Of a DNA stretch of 64,000 bases, positions 54,286-61,995 are shown in pieces. Under the pieces are notes generated by a model. It was not told where the DNA came from. It saw only the letters and a program-made list of their open reading frames with translations, and did not search any database. This DNA comes from Betaproteobacteria bacterium (GTDB taxonomy: Bacteria; Pseudomonadota; Gammaproteobacteria; Burkholderiales; SG8-41), in NCBI GenBank assembly GCA_016202605.1, contig JACQOJ010000065.1, positions 19,907-83,906 of the forward strand. The letters are read 5' to 3'. Made by a program: the position numbers and the translations under genes. Every line of letters starts with the position of its first letter. Within the stretch, counting starts at the first letter, position 1.

Positions 54286-54378
54286 GAGTGCTTGTTTTCG
54301 CTCACAAAGTGGCGTGCCCGGAGGCCCTTACTATACAATACGCCCTTTCCCGGATAAGCCGATAATCGAGGAGCAGGA

Positions 54379-55014
54379 ATGAATTATCGTTCGGCGTTGG
54401 TCATTGTTGCCAACGCGCTGTTGCCGTTCTTGGCGCACGCCCAAGGGGTAATGGAAGGCGATCCTGCCAAGGCGCAGCAGATTGTGACTCAGGTTTGCGC
54501 CGCCTGCCACGGCACCGACGGCAACAGCGCCGTGCCCGCCAACCCCAATCTCGCCGGCCAGCATCCTGAATATACCTTCAAGCAACTGATGAACTTCAAG
54601 GCACAGAATGGAAAACCGGCGGAGCGGCCTAACGCGGTGATGGTCGGGATGGTGGCCAACCTCTCTGTCGAGGACATGCGCAATCTTGCCAGCTATTTTG
54701 GAACCCGGAAGCCCAAGCCGCGTGCGGCTCGCGATCCAGAGCTCGTGAAGCTCGGGCAAGCGATTTACCGCGGGGGAATCACGGCCAAGGGCGTGGCCGC
54801 CTGCTCCGCGTGTCACCAGCCAAACGGCGCCGGAATGCCCGCGCAGTTCCCACGCGTCGCCGGGCAGTTCGCAGAGTATACCGAGCTGCAGATCAAAGCC
54901 TTTCGCTCCGGCGAGCGCGCGAACGATCCCAACCGCATGATGCGCGCGGTCGCGGAAAAACTTTCCGATCGCGAGATCAGGGCCGTCGCAGAGTACATCG
55001 CGGGCCTGCGCTGA
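54379..55014 (+). CDS. dihaem cytochrome c4
   Basis: 211-aa ORF with a signal peptide and two CxxCH haem sites (CAACH, CSACH), each followed by a distal Met region. It is divergent from engB, as in many proteobacteria. Confidence 0.9.
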   Translation: MNYRSALVIVANALLPFLAHAQGVMEGDPAKAQQIVTQVCAACHGTDGNSAVPANPNLAGQHPEYTFKQLMNFKAQNGKPAERPNAVMVGMVANLSVEDMRNLASYFGTRKPKPRAARDPELVKLGQAIYRGGITAKGVAACSACHQPNGAGMPAQFPRVAGQFAEYTELQIKAFRSGERANDPNRMMRAVAEKLSDREIRAVAEYIAGLR

Positions 55015-55093
55015 GCGCCGGCAGCACGTCGACCGCGCCCCGGGCGCAGCGCGCGGATCGGGATTTTCGGCTGTAGCCCGGGCGCGATGTGCC

Positions 55094-56383
55094 TCAGTTC
55101 GCGGCCTTGAGTTCGACGAGAACTCTGCCCGCGGCGTCGAGGGTTTTCTGGATCTCGGCATCGCCGTGCGCGGCGGACACGAAGCCAGCCTCGAAAGCCG
55201 AAGGCGCGAAATAGACGCCCTCTGCAAGCATGGCGTGGAAAAAGTGATTGAAGGCGTCCCTGTCGCATTCCATCACCTCGGCATAGCTTGTCGGCGGGGT
55301 TTCGCGGAAGTAAAGACCGAACATGCCCCCGACGCTGGTGGCCGACAGCTCCACGGCGTACCGACGCGCAGCAGCACTCAGTCCCTCGCACAACCGGCGG
55401 GTCACCGTCGCAAGCCGGTCGTAAAATCCGGGCGCCTGTATCAGCTTCAGTGTGGCGAGCCCCGCAGCGACCGCGACCGGATTGCCGGACAGCGTGCCCG
55501 CCTGATAGACCGGGCCGAGTGGCGCGACTTTTTGCATGATGTCGCGGCGTCCGCCGAAAGCTCCGACAGGCAGCCCGCCGCCGATCACTTTCCCCAGCGT
55601 CGTAAGATCGGGCTTGATGCCGTAAAGACCCTGGGCGCCGGCCAATGAGACGCGGAATCCGGTCATGACCTCGTCAAAAATCAGCACGGCGCCATGCCCG
55701 GTGCACAGCTTGCGCAACGACTCGAGGAAGCCCGGTCGCGGCGCGACCAGACTCATGTTTCCGGCAACCGGTTCAACGATGACGGCGGCGATAGCGTCGC
55801 CGTGCCGTTCGAAAGCCTGTTGCAGCGCGTCGGCGTTGTTGTAGTCGAGCACGATGGTGTTGGCGGCGGTCCCGGCGGGAACCCCGGCCGAGGAAGGCTG
55901 GCCGAGCGCGAGGGCGCCGGAGCCCGCCTTCACCAGCAGCGAATCAGCGTGGCCGTGGTAACAGCCCTCGAATTTCACGATTTTCGCCCGGCCGGTGAAA
56001 CCGCGCGCAAGCCGGATGGCGCTCATCGTGGCCTCGGTTCCCGAACTCACGAGGCGCACTTGTTCGAGCGAGGGCACGAGCCTGCACAGCAGTTCCGCCA
56101 TCTCGATTTCGGCTTCCGTCGGTGCGCCGAAGCTCAAACCTTTGCCGGCGGCACGCTCGACCGCCTTGATCACGTCCGGATGCGAGTGACCGACGATCAG
56201 CGCACCCCATGAGCCGACGTAATCGATGTAGCTGTTGCCGTCGGCGTCCCACACCGTTGCATCCTTGCCGCGCCGGAAAAAAAGCGGTGTGCCGCCCACC
56301 GATCTGAATGCCCGTACGGGCGAATTGACGCCACCGGGAATGAAGTGCTGCGCATGCTGAAAGAGTTTCTGGCTACGCGTCAT
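55094..56383 (-). CDS. hemL: glutamate-1-semialdehyde 2,1-aminomutase
   Basis: 429-aa ORF with N-terminus ..[12 protein letters not shown] and PLP-lysine region [20 protein letters not shown]. Confidence 0.96.
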   Translation of the reverse strand: MTRSQKLFQHAQHFIPGGVNSPVRAFRSVGGTPLFFRRGKDATVWDADGNSYIDYVGSWGALIVGHSHPDVIKAVERAAGKGLSFGAPTEAEIEMAELLCRLVPSLEQVRLVSSGTEATMSAIRLARGFTGRAKIVKFEGCYHGHADSLLVKAGSGALALGQPSSAGVPAGTAANTIVLDYNNADALQQAFERHGDAIAAVIVEPVAGNMSLVAPRPGFLESLRKLCTGHGAVLIFDEVMTGFRVSLAGAQGLYGIKPDLTTLGKVIGGGLPVGAFGGRRDIMQKVAPLGPVYQAGTLSGNPVAVAAGLATLKLIQAPGFYDRLATVTRRLCEGLSAAARRYAVELSATSVGGMFGLYFRETPPTSYAEVMECDRDAFNHFFHAMLAEGVYFAPSAFEAGFVSAAHGDAEIQKTLDAAGRVLVELKAAN

Positions 56384-56500
56384 GTTTCAAGGCTCATTGA
56401 GATGATTCGCGGAATGGCGCCGAACCCGACGGTCTGACCCGGTGATCCGTGGGAAATCCGCGGAGGGCGCCCGGGTTTAATGCTTGAGTCTGCCCCTGGT

Positions 56501-57175
56501 TCATCCAAAAAGCGCGCTGAACCGTCTCGCGGCGGCCCGGACATCGTGTGCGGAGAATACGGCCGAAATGACCGCCAGGCTGTCGGCCCCGGCGGCGACA
56601 AGCTGGGTTGCGTTGGCGAGCGTAATCCCTCCGATGGCAACCACCGGTATCGAAAGAGCCTGTTTCGCCTCATGGAGCAGGCGCAACGGCGCGCGCACCG
56701 TGTCAGGTTTGACGCCTGAGGCGAAGAAGCTTCCGAATGCGACATAGCTCGCGCCGGACTGCTGTGCCTGAAGCGCGTTCTGAAGCCGGCCGTAGCAGGA
56801 AGCGCCAAGAATCTTGCCCGTGCCGAGCCGCTCGCGAGCGGCGGCGATTGATCCGTCGTCAACTCCAAGATGAACCCCGTCAGCGCCGGTCTCCAGCGCG
56901 AGTTCGAGATGATCATTTATGATGAGCGGAACGCCGTACATGCGGCAGATGGTGAGCAAAGCCATGGCCTGCTCGCGGCGCAGCGCGCCGCTGGCGGACT
57001 TGTTCCGGTATTGCACGAGGCGCGCGCCGCCGGCCAGGGCTGCGCGGACCTTCGCTTCCAAATGCACTGTGTTGCTTTCGTCAGGAGTGACCACATAAAG
57101 GCCGGCGATTTCGTTTCTCGTCGGCGTCGCAGTCGGTTTCGCCGGAACAGTATCAGTCTTCGTCACGGCCGCCAC
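56501..57175 (-). CDS. thiE: thiamine-phosphate synthase
   Basis: 224-aa ORF with TMP-synthase motifs LVQYRNK, INDHLELAL and GADGVHLG. It overlaps the thiD 3' end by 23 nt. Confidence 0.9.
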   Translation of the reverse strand: MAAVTKTDTVPAKPTATPTRNEIAGLYVVTPDESNTVHLEAKVRAALAGGARLVQYRNKSASGALRREQAMALLTICRMYGVPLIINDHLELALETGADGVHLGVDDGSIAAARERLGTGKILGASCYGRLQNALQAQQSGASYVAFGSFFASGVKPDTVRAPLRLLHEAKQALSIPVVAIGGITLANATQLVAAGADSLAVISAVFSAHDVRAAARRFSALFG

Positions 57176-57995
57176 CCTCCGGGTGTTCCTCCTCTCGCGC
57201 CCAGAAGAGCCGGTCCGGAACGTGCTGGCCCATGCCGGGACGAAAGGCCGCCTTGAGCGTCTGCCAAGTGTATTCCTGCGCGTCCTTCACCGCGTCGCCG
57301 ATCGACAGTCCGTTGGCGATGGTCGCCGCGATTGCCGAGGCGAGCGTGCAGCCGGAGCCGTGGTAGGTCCCCGGCAAACGCCGCCACGAGTCGCTGCGCA
57401 TCACGCCTTCCTGGCCGTACAGCGTATTCACGACCTCCGGCGTGTTCTCGTGTGTTCCCGTGATCAGCGCATACTCGCACCCGGTCGCGATGAGGCGGCG
57501 CGCGCATTCGGCGAGATCGGGATGATCGTTCTCGTCGGAATCATCCGCCGCGAGTCGCCGCGCCTCGAGGCTGTTGGGCGTGATGATGGTCGTCTGGGGT
57601 ATCAGCAACTCGCGCAGGGCGGTGATCATTTCCTCAGTCGCAAGTTCATCGCCCCGACCGGAGGCGAGCACCGGATCCAGCACCAACGGTATCTCCGGAT
57701 AGTCGGACACGACCTCGGCGATCGAGGCGATGGCTTCGACACTGCCCACGAGTCCGATCTTGAATGCGGCGACCCGCATGTCCTCCAGCACGCAACGCGC
57801 CTGGTCGGCCACCCATTCGGGATCGACCGGGAGCACGTCCTCGACTCCCATCGTGTCCTGAATGGTGATGGCGGTCACGCAGGAGAGCGGATGGCAGCCC
57901 ATGCTCGAGAGCGTCATGATGTCGGCCTGCAAACCCGCGCCACCGCTCGGATCCGCAGCGGCGAAGATGAGGACGATGGGGGGAAGCTCAGACAT
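57153..57995 (-). CDS. thiD: hydroxymethylpyrimidine / phosphomethylpyrimidine kinase
   Basis: 280-aa ORF with DPSGGAGLQADI and the ribokinase-family C-terminal region GSGCTLASAIAA. Confidence 0.94.
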   Translation of the reverse strand: MSELPPIVLIFAAADPSGGAGLQADIMTLSSMGCHPLSCVTAITIQDTMGVEDVLPVDPEWVADQARCVLEDMRVAAFKIGLVGSVEAIASIAEVVSDYPEIPLVLDPVLASGRGDELATEEMITALRELLIPQTTIITPNSLEARRLAADDSDENDHPDLAECARRLIATGCEYALITGTHENTPEVVNTLYGQEGVMRSDSWRRLPGTYHGSGCTLASAIAATIANGLSIGDAVKDAQEYTWQTLKAAFRPGMGQHVPDRLFWAREEEHPEGGGRDED

Positions 57996-58032
57996 TAACC
58001 GGATTGGGGCCGTCAGCGCTGCGAGGGCGAAC

Positions 58033-58082
58033 AGTGAGAAGGCGGGATGAATCGTTTAAAATGCGATTCTAGCTCACTTTTT
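58033..58082 (+). other. nested inverted repeat in the thiD/rubredoxin divergent spacer
   Basis: AGTGAG..GAATCG-tttaaaatg-CGATTC..CTCACT followed by TTTT, ending 18 nt before the rubredoxin ATG. It overlaps a TAGAAT hexamer on the minus strand. Confidence 0.4.
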
Positions 58083-58099
58083 CCTGGCCCCGAGAAAAC

Positions 58100-58288
58100 A
58101 TGACCACAGTGGACACGGAGGTTTACAAGACGTACATGTGCCTGATCTGCGGATTCATCTACGACGAGGCAGCCGGGCTGCCCGACGAAGGCATCGCGCC
58201 AGGGACGAAATGGGAGGACGTTCCGACGAACTGGACCTGTCCCGAGTGCGGGGCGCGCAAGGAAGATTTCGAGATGGTGCAAATATGA
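58100..58288 (+). CDS. rubredoxin
   Basis: 62-aa ORF with the two iron-binding pairs [10 protein letters not shown] and WTCPECG. Confidence 0.93.
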   Translation: MTTVDTEVYKTYMCLICGFIYDEAAGLPDEGIAPGTKWEDVPTNWTCPECGARKEDFEMVQI

Positions 58289-58674
58289 GAATCCTGCATA
58301 CCATGATCCGGGTGAGCGATCTCCAGCGGTCGATCGAGTTCTATACGCAGGTGCTGGGGATGAAGCTGTTGCGCAAGAGTGATTATCCCGGGGGGCGCTT
58401 CACCAACGCTTTTGTCGGCTACGACGAGGAGTCGCAGGCCGCCGTCCTCGAGCTCACCCATAACTGGGACACCCGGTCCTATGATCCCGGCACCGGCTTC
58501 GGTCACGTGGCGATCGAAGTGGACGATGCCCACAGGACCTGCGAGGAGGTCAGGAAGCGCGGCGGCAAGGTGACGCGCGAGCCCGGCCCCATGAAGCATG
58601 GAACCACGGTGATCGCGTTCGTTGAAGACCCCGACGGGTACAAGATCGAATTCGTCCAGAAAAAGACCGGCTAG
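58285..58674 (+). CDS. gloA: lactoylglutathione lyase (glyoxalase I)
   Basis: The ATG at 58285 overlaps the rubredoxin stop (ATGA) and gives [29 protein letters not shown]... The protein is collinear with E. coli GloA to ..[15 protein letters not shown]. Confidence 0.95.
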   Translation: MRILHTMIRVSDLQRSIEFYTQVLGMKLLRKSDYPGGRFTNAFVGYDEESQAAVLELTHNWDTRSYDPGTGFGHVAIEVDDAHRTCEEVRKRGGKVTREPGPMKHGTTVIAFVEDPDGYKIEFVQKKTG

Positions 58675-58726
58675 TGCCGGCGGCTGGAAAACGATCCGGG
58701 CGGCAGAGAGTTTCGCGCAGGGGAGT

Positions 58727-59524
58727 CTAGGCCGGGTCATTTGTTCGACCCGGACCGGTCGCGGCGAGGCGGTCTACGATGCGCGCGAAATCCGCAACGG
58801 AAAGCTCCTGCGCGCGCGCTTCCGGATCGAGCCCCAGGGCGGCAAAGTCCGTTTTCCCGAGATAACTCTTGAGCGTGTTGCGCAAGGTCTTGCGCCGCTG
58901 TGAAAACGCGGCCGAGACCACGGCGGCGAAGAGTCGTTCATCGCATTCCCCGCGGCTTCCCTGCGGCCGCGGCAGAAGACGCACCATCGCGGATTCCACC
59001 TTCGGTGCGGGGCGGAATGCGGTTCTGGGGACGTCGAGAATTTTCTCCAGCCGAAAGCGGTGCTGCAGCGTAACCGACAACCGCCCGTATTCCGAGGCGC
59101 CGGGACGCGCCACCATGCGCGTCACAACCTCTTTCTGCAGCATCACATGGATGTCGCGAATATGCGTCGCGAAACGCGCCAGATGAAACAGAAGCGGGGT
59201 CGAAATGTTGTAAGGCAGATTGCCCACGACGCGCAGGTCGGGGCCAAGCGCAGAAAATTCGAACTTGAGTGCGTCGCCTTCATGGATCGTCAGTTGCGGC
59301 GCCGGAAAGCTCCGCTTGAGCCGGGCAACGATGTCGCGGTCGATTTCCACGACATGCAGGTGCGTGACCCGGGCAAGCAGCGGCCGGGTAAGCGCGCCGA
59401 GCCCCGGCCCGATCTCTATCATGCGGTCCTGCGGCTGCGGCCCGATCGCGGCAACAATGTCGGCGAGCACGGCTTCGTCGGTGAGGAAATGTTGGCCGAA
59501 CCGTTTGCGCGGGACATGGCGCAT
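58727..59524 (-). CDS. rsmA: 16S rRNA (adenine1518/1519-N6)-dimethyltransferase
   Basis: 265-aa ORF with PRKRFGQHFL and SAM motif IEIGPGLGALT. Confidence 0.95.
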   Translation of the reverse strand: MRHVPRKRFGQHFLTDEAVLADIVAAIGPQPQDRMIEIGPGLGALTRPLLARVTHLHVVEIDRDIVARLKRSFPAPQLTIHEGDALKFEFSALGPDLRVVGNLPYNISTPLLFHLARFATHIRDIHVMLQKEVVTRMVARPGASEYGRLSVTLQHRFRLEKILDVPRTAFRPAPKVESAMVRLLPRPQGSRGECDERLFAAVVSAAFSQRRKTLRNTLKSYLGKTDFAALGLDPEARAQELSVADFARIVDRLAATGPGRTNDPA

Positions 59525-59545
59525 GGACGATCGCGGGCGCGGCCG

Positions 59546-60565
59546 TCAGCGCGCGGCCGGGACGCGCTGACGGCCGCGCCGCGCAAGCTCGGCGGCGAGT
59601 TTGACGGCTTCCAGCAGGCTGCTGGCCGCAGCCTTGCCGGTTGCGGCGAGCTCGAGAGCGGTGCCGTGGTCCACGGAAGTGCGGATGATGGGCAGCCCGA
59701 GCGTGACGTTGATGCCGGACCCGAAACTCGCATACTTGAGAACCGGCAGCCCCTGGTCATGGTACATGGCGAGCACGCAGTCGTAGGCCTTGAGCTTCTC
59801 CGGTTGGAACAGCGAGTCCGCGGCAAGCGGGCCGGCGAGATCGAACCCCGCTGCGCGCAGGCGCTTCAACACCGGGATGATGACTTCGATTTCCTCGCGA
59901 CCGAGATGCCCCGACTCGCCGGCGTGCGGATTCAGTCCCGCGACGGCAATGCGCGGTCGGGCGATGGCGAAACGCTCCACGAGATCGCGTACGAGAATCC
60001 GCAGGGTCCGTTCGATCCCGTCGCGCGTGATGTGTTGCGCGACTTCGTTGAGCGGGAGATGTGTGGTCGCGAGCGCAACACGCATTCCCCCGCCGACGAG
60101 CATCATCACCACCTGCTCAACGCCCGCGCGCGCAGCGAGAAATTCAGTGTGCCCGCTGAAGCTGAATCCAGCGTCATTGATGACGCCTTTGTGAACCGGG
60201 GCGGTCGTCATGCCGGCGAAAGTGCCGTCCAGGCAGCCGTCCGCGGCAATTTCCAGTGTACGCAGCACGTAGGCGCTGTTGGCAGGCTCGAGTCTTCCGG
60301 GCTGTGCCGCCGCGGCGAGCGGCGTGTGGAGCACAAGCAGACGGCCATGGCCGGGCGCGGACGCGACGGTGCCCGGGAAATCGACGCATTCGAGCGCCAT
60401 GCCCAACGACCGGGCGCGGTCCAGCAGAAGCTGCCGGTCGGCGATGACCACGACTCGCGCCGGCAGCTCGTGGCGAGCGAGTGCGACGCAAAGATCGGGG
60501 CCGACGCCGGCGGGCTCGCCGGCGGTGATCGCTATCAGGGGTGCTTTGAGTGTTGAGTTTCTAAT
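59546..60565 (-). CDS. pdxA: 4-hydroxythreonine-4-phosphate dehydrogenase (start codon unresolved)
   Basis: Collinear with PdxA (..HKGVINDAGFSFSGHTEFLA..GLNPHAGESGHLGREE..TSVDHGTALELAA). The conserved N-terminal IAITAGEPAGVGPDL lies upstream of the first canonical start (GTG 60451). That stretch holds only ATT (60563-60565), CTG (60536-60538) and ATA (60533-60535). The 60565 end is a guess. Confidence 0.85.
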   Translation of the reverse strand: MRNSTLKAPLIAITAGEPAGVGPDLCVALARHELPARVVVIADRQLLLDRARSLGMALECVDFPGTVASAPGHGRLLVLHTPLAAAAQPGRLEPANSAYVLRTLEIAADGCLDGTFAGMTTAPVHKGVINDAGFSFSGHTEFLAARAGVEQVVMMLVGGGMRVALATTHLPLNEVAQHITRDGIERTLRILVRDLVERFAIARPRIAVAGLNPHAGESGHLGREEIEVIIPVLKRLRAAGFDLAGPLAADSLFQPEKLKAYDCVLAMYHDQGLPVLKYASFGSGINVTLGLPIIRTSVDHGTALELAATGKAAASSLLEAVKLAAELARRGRQRVPAAR

Positions 60566-60634
60566 GGTGCGTTACCCGCAGGTAGGGCGAAAGAGGGCCT
60601 TGCGCGTGTGGACATACCATGATGAAAACGCGCG

Positions 60635-61969
60635 TCAGCGTTCCTCGAGACGCAGTTCGACATACGCCCGGTCCCGCAGCTGCCGCCCCCATTCCTGGTA
60701 GGCTTCGTCGGACTTGCGCGCACGCAGTGCCTGCCGCGCCATCAGCCGCTGACGGTCCTTCGACATGTCCTCGCTGCGCCGCTCCAATACCTGAATCAGG
60801 TGCCAGCCGAACGGGCTTTGCACCGGATCGCTGATCTCCTTCGGTTTCAACGCGTTCATCGCACGCTCGAACTCGGGGACCGTGTCTCCGGGCGACAGCC
60901 AGCCGAGATCCCCGCCCTTGGTGGCGCTCGCATCCTCGGAATGGGCGCGAGCGAGCGCGCCGAAATCGGTGTTGTTCTCCAGCCGTTCCTTGAGATTGCG
61001 AAGCCGGCTGCGGGCTTCATTCTCCGACACCAGCTCGTTGGTCTTGATCAGGATATGGCGTGCGTGGGTCTGCTGCACGATCACCGGCGATCCTCCGCCG
61101 CGCCGGTCGTTGAGCTTCAGGATGTGAAAGCCGTTGGGGCTGCGCAGGATCGGACTCAGTTCACCCGGTCGCATGGTCTTCAGTCTGTCCGTGAAAAGCG
61201 CGGGCAGCCGGGAAGACGGGCGCCATCCCATGACGCCTCCCTGCAGAGCGTCAGGTGCCTCGGAAAATGCGGCGGCGACCTGCCGGAAATCAGCACCGCT
61301 CTTGAGCTGCGCGAGGGCCTGGTCGGCGCGATCACGTCGGGCCTGGATCTGTTCGGGGCTGGCGTTCTCCGGGACCGCGACCAGGATGTGCGAAAGATTG
61401 TATTCGTCGTTGCCGCTCTCATGAGCCCGCTGCAGATTGAGAAAGTTGTCGATCTCGCCTTCCGTGATGACGATTCTGTTGTTGACCTCGCGCTCACGCA
61501 GCCGCGCGATCACGATTTCGTCACGGATGTCCTCCCGGAATCTCGCGAACGGCACGCCGTCTCTTTCCAGCACCTGGCGCAACTGTTGCGGCGTGAGCTT
61601 GTTGTCGTCCGCTATGCGGCCGATCGCCCGGTCGAGCTCGGTGTCGTCGACGCGCAAACCGGTCTCCTTCGCGAACTGAAGTTGCACGCGATCGCTCACC
61701 ATGCGCTCGAGGAGCTGCCTCTCCAGGACCTCGCGAGAGGGCAGAGGCGTGCCCTGCTGCCGCAGCTGCTTGATTGCGATTCGCATGCGCTCGTCCAGAT
61801 CGAGACGCGTAATGACCTCGTCGTTGACCACCGCGACGATGCGGTCGAGTACGGTGACCTGCCGGGGCTGTTGCGCCCCGGCCCCACGGTGAAAGAGGAG
61901 CACCGACACCATCAGCGCCGCCGAGAGAACGTAAAGAAATGCTCGCAACTTGTAAACTCCTGTCGCCAA
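60635..61969 (-). CDS. surA: periplasmic chaperone / peptidyl-prolyl isomerase SurA
   Basis: 444-aa ORF with a signal peptide and the N-terminal chaperone domain (DRIVAVVNDEVIT). Two parvulin-type PPIase domains are present (..ILVAVPE.., ..ARHILIKT..). Confidence 0.94.
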   Translation of the reverse strand: MATGVYKLRAFLYVLSAALMVSVLLFHRGAGAQQPRQVTVLDRIVAVVNDEVITRLDLDERMRIAIKQLRQQGTPLPSREVLERQLLERMVSDRVQLQFAKETGLRVDDTELDRAIGRIADDNKLTPQQLRQVLERDGVPFARFREDIRDEIVIARLREREVNNRIVITEGEIDNFLNLQRAHESGNDEYNLSHILVAVPENASPEQIQARRDRADQALAQLKSGADFRQVAAAFSEAPDALQGGVMGWRPSSRLPALFTDRLKTMRPGELSPILRSPNGFHILKLNDRRGGGSPVIVQQTHARHILIKTNELVSENEARSRLRNLKERLENNTDFGALARAHSEDASATKGGDLGWLSPGDTVPEFERAMNALKPKEISDPVQSPFGWHLIQVLERRSEDMSKDRQRLMARQALRARKSDEAYQEWGRQLRDRAYVELRLEER

Positions 61970-61995
61970 AATAACAGTACCGCGCAGCGTGAATG

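Noticed and set aside
53638-54357. 239-aa plus-strand ORF starting inside the sRNA-candidate region
   Set aside because: It is antisense to engB for its whole length and carries no motifs. It would have to read through the strong CCCCCGGTT/AACCGGGGG-T6 terminator.
56380-56916. 178-aa minus-strand ORF spanning the hemL-thiE gap
   Set aside because: It overlaps thiE in a different frame for most of its length and has a Ser/Pro/Arg-rich low-complexity translation. The true 117-bp hemL-thiE spacer shows no convincing structure.
57996-58099. Possible TPP (THI-box) riboswitch upstream of thiD-thiE
   Set aside because: The minus-strand leader lacks the conserved CUGAGA and ACCUGAUCUGGAUAAUGCCAGCG-type elements of the TPP riboswitch. 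The spacer is also too short once a promoter is accommodated.
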